From positions 12,276,001 to 12,340,000 of the forward strand of contig JBHGNT010000020.1 in NCBI GenBank assembly GCA_043228905.1: a stretch of 64,000 bases of DNA, read 5' to 3'. Numbering within the stretch: the stretch's first letter is position 1; each line of letters opens with the position of its first letter. This document shows, piece by piece, positions 29,166 through 40,080 of the stretch. Under the pieces are notes generated by a model. The model was not told the origin of the DNA. It searched no databases and was given only the letters and a program-made list of their open reading frames with translations. A program made the translations under genes and the position numbers. The DNA comes from Azolla caroliniana (taxonomy: Eukaryota > Plantae > Polypodiophyta).

Positions 29166-32100
29166 AGCGGACTGTTGCGGAGTGGGGAAGTGATAGTCCG
29201 AGAAGCCCTGATACCCCACACAGGAAGAAAACTCTCGGAGCAAAACAAGTACGAATCGGCCCGGATGGGGCATCTACGTACACGGCCGTAACCGGAGGAA
29301 TGAAGAAACAATACCGACAAGTGGAGGATAAGTTACGGTCGGCATCAATAATAAAAGAAGACGAAGAAATCGTGGGAGTGATCGAGGAAGTGTTCTATGG
29401 GAATACACTACAACGGCTTGAAGAGCTTGCGGAAGATAAAAGCCAAGGGAACCGGGTAGTCCCGGTGGAATCGGTCGAGATGTACGAGATCGTTGCGAAA
29501 ATGGGGCCGGATGCGCTCCGCAAAGAAGAAGCAATGGTAAGTACGAAATACAAGACCGTGGAGAAGAAGGTGAAACCGGCCGCGGGACCACTACCCGCCG
29601 ATAGCGAACAAAAGAAGAAAGAAGTCTCGGGAGATCCGACACTTCGGAAGTCCGTGGATATCGGACATGCCTTCACAGATGAGACCCGGAAGAAACTTCG
29701 GATCGGTGGAGGTGGGTTCCTCTTACAAGAAGAAGAAAAACGGTTTCGAGAGATGTTGGAGCAACATGGCAAAGCATTCGCGTTCACATCGAGGGAGATC
29801 GGATGCATTGATCCAAAGATAGTGGAGCCGATGGTGATTTTCACGATTGATCATGTACCGTGGAACCTGAAGCCGATTCCGGTGCCACGGGCGCATATTC
29901 CGAAAGTCATCGACTTGCTCAAGGAGAAGGTGGCGATGGGGATTCTGGAGCCATCAAGTGCTCCGTACTCAAATCGATGGTTTACGGTTCCGAAGAAGAA
30001 TGGGTCACTCCGATTCATCCAAGACTTGCAATCGGTGAACAAGGTGACGATCCGGAACTCGGGAGTCGGTCCGATAGTGGACGAATTCGCGGAAGCTTTT
30101 GCCGGACGTGCGATATACTCCATCGGGGACCTATACTCGGGGTATGACCAATTCCAACTAGCCGTGGAGAGCCGAGACATCACTACCATGCGGACACCGA
30201 TAGGACTAGTTCGAATGTGCACACTACCACAAGGAGCGACAAACTCGGTTGCACATATGATGAACGCGATGAACAAGGTGCTTCGAGATTGCATCCCGGA
30301 GATAACGATGCCGTTTCTAGATGACATTCCGATGAAAGGATGCGCGGTGGAAGAAAAAGATGAGACTATGGATGATCGGGGATGCCGAAAGTTCGTGGTC
30401 GACCATATTCATGATTGCGAGAAAGTGTTGCGAAAGCTAGAAGATGTGCACCTAACACTTTCCGGGGAGAAATCGGCATTCGGGCAAGAAGAAATATTGG
30501 TGGTCGGACATCTATGTGGACCCTACGGCCGAAGACCGTCACCAACAAAGATCGATGCGATTCAAGCTATGAAGGAAGTATGTGAGTCAACGTCGGAAGT
30601 CCGAAGGTTTCTGGGTGCGTGTGCATTCTATCACATATGGATTCCGCACTATGCACATATAGCGGACCCGCTCTATCACTTGTTGCGGAAAGGTAAGAAA
30701 TTCGAGTGGAAACCGGAACACACTAAAGCCATGAGGAAGCTCAAGAAGACACTATGGAGGGCGGAATCACTTAAGAAGCCAAGCTACGAGCGGCCAATCA
30801 TAGTAACGGTTGATACAAGTCCAACCGGTATCGGGTGGGTCATCAATCAAGCCGACTCGGATGGTTCGCGGTATCCGATCCGATTTGGAGCAAAGGTCCT
30901 CAACGAAAGGCAACGCGGATATGCACAAGTCAAAAGAGAATTGTGGGGAGTCGTGTCGGCGATAAAATCGGATCGGGATTATTTGATCGGAGCTGAAGTG
31001 GTGATCGAGACGGATTGTCTTCCGATACTCGGGATGATGCGGTGTTGTACGATACCGGATGTGGCTATGCTAAGGTGGATTGCATATGTCAAGTCACTTA
31101 ATCCGGAGGTTCGACACATCTCGGGGAAGGACAACGCGGTAGCGGACATGTTATCGAGGGCGCGGTTTGAAGACGACATAACCGAATCAGATAATGAAGA
31201 AGTTTCCGAAGACTACTTCACGTCAGAACACATATGCCGAGTGAACGTGATCCGAGAATTCCGGGAAGAAGAATACGAGGGGGAAACCTTGATGATCGGG
31301 AAGATGCTACAAGAGGTCGAGGATTCAACCAATGATAAAGAAAGGAGAGCCGAGATCCGAAGGAAGAAGAGGCAAGTCCAAAAGTTCTTCTTGGAAAACG
31401 GTTTAATATGGAGGACGCCGAAAAGACCGGATGGGATACCACTTCGAGTAGTCGGGACGAAAGAGCAACGAAACCGGATAATGTCCGAGTTCCACGAATC
31501 CGATTGGGCTGGACATCGAGGAACATGGGCAACTTTTGTGAAAATCAAGCAAAGATATTGGTGGAAGAGCATGTATAAAGATGTCGCGGAGTTCACAGAA
31601 AGCTGCGAGAAATGTCAAGTCTACTCCGGGGTCCGACACCGAGATGAGCTGCATCCGACATTCTCACCGACAATCAACTTCAAGTGGATGGTCGACATTG
31701 TAGCTATGCCGACCGGGATTGGACAAAAGAAATACTTGGTGTTAGCTCGAGAAGATCTCACAAACCAAGTTGAAGGTCGAGCGCTTCGGAGGAAAACGTG
31801 TGCCGCGGTGTGCCAATTTCTTTTGGAAGAAGTGTTTTGTAGGTACGGCTGCGTAGGACAAGTGATTGCGGACCGGGGAGAACTCGACTCGGACAAAGCT
31901 AGGGGATTCTTCGCCAAACATGGAGTTCGGTTAACGTTGACAACGGCCTACAATCCGGAGGCCAACGGGAAGATCGAACGAGGACATAGTCCGATCGTGA
32001 AAGCACTTGCGAAGGCATGCGACGGAAGGGTGAAGGATTGGCCACAAATGCTTCCGTATGCACTATGGGCGGATCGGACGACGCATAGCTCCGTGACCGG

Positions 32101-32767
32101 TTACATGCCGGCAGAACTCATGACCGGACAAGCACCGGTAATGCCAACGGAAACCGCAATCGCGACATGGACAATACTACCGTGGAAGGAAGAGATGAGC
32201 CGGGAAGAACTACTAGCGGTCCGGATACGACAACTGGAGGGAAGACCGAAAGATGTAGCGGAAGCGTCACGCCGACAACAAGAAGCACGGTTCCGGAACA
32301 AAAGCCGGTTCGACACAAAGCACCGACTACGACCGAGGAGGATTGAAGAAGGAGATTGGGTGATCGTCTATGATAGTAGCTTGGACCATCAACATACAAC
32401 GATGCGGAAATTCGCGAAAAGGTGGTTCGGGCCGTACGAGGTTCGGAAGGTCTTCGACAACGGGACGTACCGACTGTCCGAGTTGGATGGAACGATGCTA
32501 CGAGTGCCTATAGCCGGGAAGCGGGTGAAGATTTTCAAGAAGCGGACCGACGACAAACCTTATGTGATCCAAGTCGAGGCCGACAACGAGGAGCAATCGG
32601 ACGAAGACCACAATGATGCGGGAAGCGAAGAAAGTGGATTACAACTCATAGTCGACATAAGGGGAGAATCGGAGGAAGCTTCGGATGAAGACGGATACGA
32701 AGAATCAAGAACTTCGGCACATACCGGAGGATGTGCGGGTTTGGAGGGGGCGAGTGTCGTAGTGTAA
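29162..32767 (+). CDS. pol: Element D Pol (RT, RNase H, integrase), probably reached by -1 frameshift
   Basis: Frame is open from the slippery site to 32767. LPQGATNS, PFLDDIP, TVDTSPTGIG, HESDWAGHRG...CEKC, WMVDIV, WFGPY. Acidic tail runs through the PPT into the 3' LTR; no chromodomain recognised. Confidence 0.93.
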   Translation, partial: LKRTVAEWGSDSPRSPDTPHRKKTLGAKQVRIGPDGASTYTAVTGGMKKQYRQVEDKLRSASIIKEDEEIVGVIEEVFYGNTLQRLEELAEDKSQGNRVVPVESVEMYEIVAKMGPDALRKEEAMVSTKYKTVEKKVKPAAGPLPADSEQKKKEVSGDPTLRKSVDIGHAFTDETRKKLRIGGGGFLLQEEEKRFREMLEQHGKAFAFTSREIGCIDPKIVEPMVIFTIDHVPWNLKPIPVPRAHIPKVIDLLKEKVAMGILEPSSAPYSNRWFTVPKKNGSLRFIQDLQSVNKVTIRNSGVGPIVDEFAEAFAGRAIYSIGDLYSGYDQFQLAVESRDITTMRTPIGLVRMCTLPQGATNSVAHMMNAMNKVLRDCIPEITMPFLDDIPMKGCAVEEKDETMDDRGCRKFVVDHIHDCEKVLRKLEDVHLTLSGEKSAFGQEEILVVGHLCGPYGRRPSPTKIDAIQAMKEVCESTSEVRRFLGACAFYHIWIPHYAHIADPLYHLLRKGKKFEWKPEHTKAMRKLKKTLWRAESLKKPSYERPIIVTVDTSPTGIGWVINQADSDGSRYPIRFGAKVLNERQRGYAQVKRELWGVVSAIKSDRDYLIGAEVVIETDCLPILGMMRCCTIPDVAMLRWIAYVKSLNPEVRHISGKDNAVADMLSRARFEDDITESDNEEVSEDYFTSEHICRVNVIREFREEEYEGETLMIGKMLQEVEDSTNDKERRAEIRRKKRQVQKFFLENGLIWRTPKRPDGIPLRVVGTKEQRNRIMSEFHESDWAGHRGTWATFVKIKQRYWWKSMYKDVAEFTESCEKCQVYSGVRHRDELHPTFSPTINFKWMVDIVAMPTGIGQKKYLVLAREDLTNQVEGRALRRKTCAAVCQFLLEEVFCRYGCVGQVIADRGELDSDKARGFFAKHGVRLTLTTAYNPEANGKIERGHSPIVKALAKACDGRVKDWPQMLPYALWADRTTHSSVTGYMPAELMTGQAPVMPTETAIATWTILPWKEEMSREELLAVRIRQLEGRPKDVAEASRRQQEARFRNKSRFDTKHRLRPRRIEEGDWVIVYDSSLDHQHTTMRKFAKRWFGPYEVRKVFDNGTYRLSELDGTMLRVPIAGKRVKIFKKRTDDKPYVIQVEADNEEQSDEDHNDAGSEESGLQLIVDIRGESEEASDEDGYEESRTSAHTGGCAGLEGASVVV

Positions 32768-33636
32768 GTTGCACACTATGTGGAAATTATATTTTTGTCC
32801 CTCCGGATAGAGAATGGAGTGCTCGGTGAGAACCGGAAGAAAACGGCATACCGGCAAGGAGGAAAACGGCAAGGAGGAAAACGGCATACCGGCAAGGAAG
32901 AAAACGGCATACCGGCAAGGAAGAGCCGGATAAAGAGACATAAATGTAAAAAGAAAGGAAATACTCACTACTGCGCAGGGCGTGATTCGAACTCTGCACC
33001 TCCACGTTGACAAACCCCAACCTTACCATTACATTAACTTATCTTAAGTGTTTTAAATATAGATTTAATACGTATAAGACCTTTATTTATGCATACCTTT
33101 ATTAAAAGGTAAATCATGTATTTTTAGAGTGCGTGAATATTTTATAGAAAAACGCAAGCGACTAAAAAGTGACTCATGCACATCTAGCGTGCATGAGCAC
33201 TATATTTAGCAAATAAAAGCAAGGATTAGAAAAGCATCACATGCACATTTAGTGTGCATGAACATATTAGAAAAAGCATATAGCTATGCTTAGTCTCTCC
33301 CATCACTATATAAGGATGGGGAGCACATTGTAATTTTTGTTGATTATTTGGATTAAGTATTAATCAATACAAAAATTATTCGTGGGATTCACGATTTATA
33401 CATCTACTTCTCTCTTAACACCCTAAGTACCAATTAATATAGTATACTCGTGTGATTCACGAGTTTCTTGTCTTTCTCTTTGCTATTTACTCATAATTAA
33501 TCTCTATCTCACGAACTTCTTTCTCCTAGTCCAAGACCTCTGTGGTTCCCACCCGACTCACGCAACGATCCGGAGCCGAAAGGCACGACAACGGTAAATT
33601 CTCACCACGGGATATTATATGGTCATGCCCGTAACA

Positions 33637-34745
33637 TACTCCCCCCTCTTTAAAACATTGCACTCTTGCAATGGAAAGTTAGGGAAGTTAGTTCTAAGAG
33701 TATTTTCGCGTTCCCATGTGGCATCTTTTATTGATTTATCCATCCATTTTATTTTAAATTCTCGGATTTCTTTAGTACGTAATTTTTTTGTTTTAATATC
33801 GAGAATTCTTTCTGGTACATGTGGTTTAGAAGATAATTCTTCAGAAGTAACCAGAGTTTCAGTTGTAACTGTATTGTCGCCAGAACCTAGAAGTTCTTTT
33901 AGATGACTCACATGAAAGACTAGATGAATTCCGACACCATCGGGAAGAGCGAGACGATAGGCTGATGACCCAATGCGTTTGAGGACTGTAAAAGGTCCAC
34001 AAAACCGTGGGGCTAACTTAACGCACTTACCCGTAGACAATGTCTTAGAATTGTGAGGTACACGTAAAAATACCTTCTGTCCAGGGTTGAATACACGAGG
34101 TTGCCTATGATGATCGGCATAAAAACGCGCTCTATCTTGAGCTGTTTTTATATTATCTCGTGCAATATGCAACATATCTTGCATATCCCGAAGAAAATTT
34201 TGCGTACTTCGCAACTCATCATGATGTATATTAACATCAATCGGGGCTCGTGGCTGAAAACCATACATCAACATAAAAGGACTATATCCCGTCGACGTAT
34301 GCTTGGAGCTGTTATAAGCAAACTCCAAAATTGGGAGATAACGTTCCCATTTTGTTGGTTTTGCACCAACGTATGCTCGAAGCATGTCCTCAATAATTTG
34401 ATTTACTCGCTCTGTCTGTCCATCGGATTGAGGATGATCCGTGGAGCTCATGCTCAACGTAGTTTCTAACTTCTTAAAGACTTGCGTCCAGAAGTCACTA
34501 GTAAACTTTGGATCTCGATCACTCATGATATCCATCAGTAACCCATAAAAACGAAACAATTCGTCAACGAATTGGTAAGCCAATTTAGGAGCTGTTACCG
34601 TGGTTTTAGTAGCAATAAATCTGGCCATTTTAGTTAGTCGATCAACGACAACCCAAATGGCATCATGACCTTTTTGGGTGCAAGGAAGGCTAAAAATAAA
34701 ATCCATGGATATACTTTCCCACTTATTATTGGGAATGTCCAAGGG
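33637..34745 (-). pseudogene. Element C integrase core + chromodomain, split from its N-terminal part by E
   Basis: WESISMDFI, SDRDPKF, DGQTERVN, GPF, PERILD...IKWMDKSIKDATWERE. Confidence 0.9.
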
Positions 34746-34750
34746 ATGTA

Positions 34751-37700
34751 TGCAAGGAATAGACCCTTCTATTCACCTTCTTCACTCTGCCACAACCGAG
34801 TAAGCGCGAATCGATGGAGCAGAAAATAGGAACCACACGGAGAAACAAAAAACGCGAGTACACAGGGATTAACGTGGAAAACCCTAGACGGGAAAAACCA
34901 CGGGAGTACAAGACTCCAAACCAACACTATACAGAGAAGTATACAATGGCGAGCTGCAAGGCGACGACCTTGAGCTCGCTGTCCTCGCCACAGGCGGCGG
35001 AAATACACAGAGGCGTCTACCTCTTCCTCTCTCGCGCTCTATCTCTCTCACGACTGCTCTCTCTTCACTCCTCTAAAGTGGAAAAACAAAAAAAATGAGA
35101 AGCAACAGTAAAACTGTTTGCCCTAAGTCATATTTATACTTATATGACTTTGGGCTATTTACAACTGTAGCCTCAGGGGCCCATAGCGAACATATTCACG
35201 GATATGTCCCTGCATCCGGATCGCTCTCCGGGTACATTCGTCATCCGGTACCGAAACCGGGGTCTTCGTCATCCGGATCCGAAACCGAAACCGGGCTTGT
35301 CGGCATTCATCTCCGATATCCGACCATCCCATCCGAAGGGACCGTAATCCCAACAAACTCCCCCTTCACTTCGGCATGGGATGTCTCTCCAATCCGATCC
35401 TCTTCCGGCATGCTTCCAGCTTGTCGGGTGTGAGCACCTTGGTCAGCATATCCGACCCGTTCTCGTCCGTGTGGATCTTTGTCAGCACGAACTCCTTGTC
35501 TTCTATCCTTTCCCGGATCCAGTGATATCTTCGCTGGATGTGCTTCGTCCGGGAGTGATAGGCCGCGTTCTTCGCAAGGTGGATTGCACTCTGACTGTCG
35601 CAGTAGAGTCGGTACTCCTCCTGTTGGATACCGAGCTCTCTAATGAAGTCCTTCATCCATATTATTTCCTTGCCGGCTTCAACAGCCGCCATGTACTCCG
35701 CCTCCGTGGTTGACAACGCAACCGTCTTCTGCAGCCTCGACTGCCAGGAAACAGCTCCCCCTACATACGTCATCACATACCCTGATGTGGACCGGCTGGT
35801 ATCTGCATCAGCCGACATATCCGAATCGGTAAAGCCGTCGAGTTCGGGCTTTCCGGAGCCGAATCGGAGGCACACGTTTGCCGTGCCCTTCAGGTATCGG
35901 AGTATCCACTTGGCCGCGTTCCAATGCTCTTTGCCGGGATTGCTCATGTACCGGCTCACCACTCCGACTGCATATCCGATGTCCGGTCTCGTACACACCA
36001 TGGCGTACATCAAGCTCCCGACAGCTGAGGCATACGGTACTTTCATCATATCCTCCTTTTCAGCCTTTGTCTTGGGACTTTGCTTGCTGGACAGCTTGCA
36101 GTTTGTCGGGAGGGTCGATCCGACCGGTCTTGCTTCCGACATGTTGAACCGGTGAAGCACCTTCGTCACGTACTTCTCCTGTGACAGCCACAACTGCTTC
36201 TTCTTCCGGTCCCGGATGATGTGCATCCCTAGTATTTGCCTCGCCGGACCCAGGTCCTTCATTGAGAAGGTTCGGTGAAGAGCCTTCTTCAGCATCCGTA
36301 TCTTGACCTGATCCCGTCCGACGATCAACATGTCGTCCACGTACAGGAGGAGTATTAGAGAGTCTCCTTCTTCGAACTTCTTCACAAACACGCAGTGGTC
36401 GGACTGCGTTTTGAGGTACCCTTCGTCGGTCATGAAGGAGTCGAACTTCCGGTACCATTGCCGGGGAGCCTGCTTCAGTCCGTAAAGGCTCTTCTTCAAC
36501 CGGCATACCAGGTGCTCCTTCCCTTTCTTCTCGAATCCTTCCGGTTGCTGCATGTAGATCTCTTCTTCGAGGTCACCGTGAAGGAATGCCGTCTTCACGT
36601 CCATCTGTTCTACCTCGAGGTCCATGCTTGCCGCTATGCTCAGCACCGTTCGGATGGAGGTCATCTTCACTACCGAAGCAAATATCTCGTCGAAGTCGAC
36701 GCCCTTCTTCTGCTGAAACCCCTTCACCACGATCCTGGCTTTGTATCTCGGGGGGTTTCCGGCATCTCCCGGTTTCAGCTTGAACACCCACTTGTTTCGA
36801 AGTGCCCGCTTTCCTTTCGGCAACTCCACAAGTTCATATGTGTGGTTCTCATGCAGGGAATCCATCTCGTCCTGCATGGCACTCAACCACCTGCGGCTCT
36901 GGGTGTCATGCTTTGCTTCTTCAAAGCTCTCCGGCTCCCCCTCGTCGGTTAGCAGCACGTGCTCTGGTTCCGGAAATCTCCGGGGGGCCCTTCTCTCTCT
37001 TAGAGGATATCTCCGTTCCGGAGCTTCGGTAACCGGTTCTTCCGATTCTTCTTCATCCGAATCCATTTCGGGATCGGGGCCGGTTCCGGTATCATTTTCG
37101 TCTTCTTCGGCCGGTTCGGTTTCTTCACCGTCTTTGGCCGGATCCTCGAGTGCTAACCGGTCCCTTGCCGGTCGGGACTGCTCCTCGTAGAGTTTATCCT
37201 CACCGGTTGACTTGGAGCTCTTCATCTTCTTCTCCGACTCCCAGTCGGCGAGTGTCTTGTCCTCCATGAAGATGATGTCTCGACTCCTGAATATCTTCTT
37301 GTCAACCGGGTCCCATACTCGGTAGCCGAACTCGTCGTCGCCGTATCCGAGGAATATGCATGGCCGGGTCTTTGGATCTAGCTTTCCTCTCCGGTCCTTT
37401 GCCACATGCACGTATGCGAGACACCCGAACACCTTCAGATGCCGGTAGGATACTTCCCTACCGGTCCACACTCTCTGCGGCGTGTCTCCGTCCAAAGGTA
37501 CTGAGGGTGATCTGTTTATCACGTATGTCGCCGTCGACATCGCCTCAGCCCAAAAACCCTTGGGTAATTCCGCCTGCGCCAGCATACTCCGGACCCTCTC
37601 CATTATGGTCCGGTTCATCCTCTCGGCCAGCCCGTTCAGTTCCGGCGTCTTCGGCACAGTAAACTCGAGTCGGATTCCCTTCGAGCGACAGTACTCCTGG

Positions 37701-40075
37701 AACTGCCCCCGGTATTCCCCTCCGTTATCCGCTCGTATCGCTTTCAGCTTCTTGCCGGATTCCCTTTCCACTCTCGCGTGGAGTTCTTTGAAGACGCACA
37801 ACACTTGGTCCTTTGTCTTCATCGGTGCCGTCCACAGCTTCCGGCTGTGGTCATCAATGAATGTCACGAAGTACTGGGCTCCGCCATGTGACTTCGTTTC
37901 TACTTGACACACATCAGTGTGTACCAACTCCAATGGTACACTACGTCTCTTCGGTGGCCTTGAGTGGAAGGAGGCTCGGTTCTGCTTACCGGCCAGGCAA
38001 TCGGTGCACTTCTCCAGGTGCACGTGCTTCACTGGAATAAGGTTGTCTTCTGCAAGCCTCTTCATCCCCTTCTCACTCATGTGGCACAGTCTTTTGTGCC
38101 ACAGCTCACCGGCAGTGTCGGCTGCCACATTCAGCTCTTCAGGACATAACCAGGCATTCATCAGGTACAGTGTGTTGACCTTCCGGGCCCGAGCCACTAT
38201 CAAGCTCCCCTTGCTGAACTTCATGACACCGTTCCGGATGCTACCCGTGTAGCCTTCATCATCTAGCCTCCCGGCCGAAATCAGGTTCAGTCGGACCTCC
38301 GGAACGTGTCGGACATTCTTCAGCAGCATTTTGCATCCGGTCGGGGTTGTCAACCACACGTCTCCTATGCCGGCAATCCGGCACGTACCTTCGTTTCCCA
38401 TCCGAACACAGCCATGCTCGCCGGCTGTGTAGGATGAGAAGTATCTTCTCTCCGGGGTCAGGTGGAACGATGCTCCGGAATCGACCACCGAGGTCGTCTC
38501 ATCGCCGGCAATGTTTAGTTCACCTTCTTCGGTGATGAGCATGATCTCCTCTTCACTTGCCGCGAGTGCCGTCGTTCCTTTCCGGTCCTGTCCTCGCCGA
38601 TCCGAACCATTTCGGTCCGTGGCTCCCCGGTATGCACCGTTTCTCTCCGGTGACTTCTTCGAATCGGTGTTGTCGGTTCCATTGTCCTTTCGGTAATGCC
38701 GACAATTCTTTCGGAAGTGCCCGGGCTTCCCACAGTGGAAGCATGTGGGCCTTCCTCTTGACTGCGACCGGGTCCCCGACTTCTCCCGTCTTTGCGGACT
38801 CCGGTTCCATTGTCTTCCCCGATCCGATTCGGTAAACAACATCTTCGGGTCGGAGGCCGGTTCCTTATCTCTCCGACGCGCTTCTTCATTCAAAATACTT
38901 GTCTTTACCGTTTGTAAGGACAAGTTATCTTCGGCGCAGGAGGTGCTGAGAGTTACCACCAAGTTCTCCCAGCTTTCCGGCAATGTACACATCAGGATGA
39001 TGGCTTGCATTGCATCCTCCAACGGGAACTTGATCGCCGCAAGCTGATTCACGAATCCCATGAACGTGCTTACGTGTTCCACCATACTCTCGCCATCCCG
39101 GTACTTGAGATTCACTATCTTCCTCATCAGGGAGGTTCGGTTCAACGCATTCTTCCTCTCATAGAGGCCCGACAGCTTCCGCCACATCTCATATGCGTTG
39201 GTGTCGTTCGCCACATGTTGTAGAACGCTCACGTCGACGTATTGCCGAATGGTTGCAACAGCTTTCCGGTTCAGAAGCCTCCATTCCGACTCAAGTACCC
39301 CCTTCGGTATTTCCGACCTGTCAATCGGTTCGTACAGGTCCCGAACAATCAGAAGATCCTCCATCTTGATCTTCCAGTCGGCGTAATTCTGTGCATTCAG
39401 CACCATCATCCCCGGCTGCCCGCTGCCGCCGCCTTCCATTTTCTGCAGCAGTTCGCTCTGATACCAGTTTGCAAGGAATAGACCCTTCTATTCACCTTTT
39501 TCACTCTGCCACAACCGAGTAAGCGCGAATCGATGGAGCAGAAAATAGGAACCACACGGAGAAACAAAAAACGCGAGTACACAGGGATTAACGTGGAAAA
39601 CCCTAGACGGGAAAAACCACGGGAGTACAAGACTCCAAACCAACACTATACAGAGAAGTATACAATGGCGAGCTGCAAGGCGACGACCTTGAGCTCGCTG
39701 TCCTCGCCACAGGCGGCGGAAATACACAGAGGCGTCTACCTCTTCCTCTCTCGCGCTCTATCTCTCTCACGGCTGCTCTCTCTTCACTCCTCTAAAGTGG
39801 AAAAACAAAAAAAAATGAGAAGCAACAGTAAAACTGTTTGCCCTAAGTCATATTTATACTTATATGACTTTGGGCTATTTACAACTGTAGCCTCAGGGGC
39901 CCATAGCGAACATATTCACGGATATGTCCCTGCATCCGGATCGCTCTCCGGGTACATTCGTCATCCGGTACCGAAACCGGGGTCTTCGTCATCCGGATCC
40001 GAAACTGAAACCGGGCTTGTCGGCATTCATCTCCGATATCCGACCATCCCATCCGAAGGGACCGTAATCCCAACA
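34751..40075 (-). mobile_element. Element E: intact young Ty1/copia (Tnt1/Tork-like) inserted in C's integrase
   Basis: LTRs 34751-35355 and 39470-40075 (~3 substitutions + 1 indel), TSD ATGTA (34746-34750 / 40076-40080), tRNA-iMet PBS 39455-39466, PPT 35356-35365. Confidence 0.97.
35366..39439 (-). CDS. Element E Gag-Pol polyprotein (1357 aa; gag, PR, IN, RT, RNase H)
   Basis: Single intact ORF with CFHCGKPGHFRKNC, VVDSGAS, WHKRLCH...CTDC, VHTDVC, LLYVDDML, FTDSD and RTKHI in copia domain order. Confidence 0.97.
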   Translation of the reverse strand: MEGGGSGQPGMMVLNAQNYADWKIKMEDLLIVRDLYEPIDRSEIPKGVLESEWRLLNRKAVATIRQYVDVSVLQHVANDTNAYEMWRKLSGLYERKNALNRTSLMRKIVNLKYRDGESMVEHVSTFMGFVNQLAAIKFPLEDAMQAIILMCTLPESWENLVVTLSTSCAEDNLSLQTVKTSILNEEARRRDKEPASDPKMLFTESDRGRQWNRSPQRREKSGTRSQSRGRPTCFHCGKPGHFRKNCRHYRKDNGTDNTDSKKSPERNGAYRGATDRNGSDRRGQDRKGTTALAASEEEIMLITEEGELNIAGDETTSVVDSGASFHLTPERRYFSSYTAGEHGCVRMGNEGTCRIAGIGDVWLTTPTGCKMLLKNVRHVPEVRLNLISAGRLDDEGYTGSIRNGVMKFSKGSLIVARARKVNTLYLMNAWLCPEELNVAADTAGELWHKRLCHMSEKGMKRLAEDNLIPVKHVHLEKCTDCLAGKQNRASFHSRPPKRRSVPLELVHTDVCQVETKSHGGAQYFVTFIDDHSRKLWTAPMKTKDQVLCVFKELHARVERESGKKLKAIRADNGGEYRGQFQEYCRSKGIRLEFTVPKTPELNGLAERMNRTIMERVRSMLAQAELPKGFWAEAMSTATYVINRSPSVPLDGDTPQRVWTGREVSYRHLKVFGCLAYVHVAKDRRGKLDPKTRPCIFLGYGDDEFGYRVWDPVDKKIFRSRDIIFMEDKTLADWESEKKMKSSKSTGEDKLYEEQSRPARDRLALEDPAKDGEETEPAEEDENDTGTGPDPEMDSDEEESEEPVTEAPERRYPLRERRAPRRFPEPEHVLLTDEGEPESFEEAKHDTQSRRWLSAMQDEMDSLHENHTYELVELPKGKRALRNKWVFKLKPGDAGNPPRYKARIVVKGFQQKKGVDFDEIFASVVKMTSIRTVLSIAASMDLEVEQMDVKTAFLHGDLEEEIYMQQPEGFEKKGKEHLVCRLKKSLYGLKQAPRQWYRKFDSFMTDEGYLKTQSDHCVFVKKFEEGDSLILLLYVDDMLIVGRDQVKIRMLKKALHRTFSMKDLGPARQILGMHIIRDRKKKQLWLSQEKYVTKVLHRFNMSEARPVGSTLPTNCKLSSKQSPKTKAEKEDMMKVPYASAVGSLMYAMVCTRPDIGYAVGVVSRYMSNPGKEHWNAAKWILRYLKGTANVCLRFGSGKPELDGFTDSDMSADADTSRSTSGYVMTYVGGAVSWQSRLQKTVALSTTEAEYMAAVEAGKEIIWMKDFIRELGIQQEEYRLYCDSQSAIHLAKNAAYHSRTKHIQRRYHWIRERIEDKEFVLTKIHTDENGSDMLTKVLTPDKLEACRKRIGLERHPMPK

Positions 40076-40080
40076 ATGTA

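Larger units (their letters stand above)
26252..33590 (+). mobile_element. Element D: intact, very young Ty3/gypsy LTR retrotransposon inserted in C's 3' LTR
   Basis: 836-bp LTRs 26252-27087 and 32755-33590 (TGTCGT...ACGACA, ~2 differences). 4-bp TSD ACGG (26248-26251 / 33591-33594). PBS 27092-27109; PPT GGAGGGGGCGAG 32743-32754. Confidence 0.96.

Noticed and set aside
35381-39481. Numerous plus-strand ORFs antisense to copia E (and minus-strand ORFs over D)
   Set aside because: Shadow ORFs expected opposite a GC-rich coding strand; no recognisable motifs
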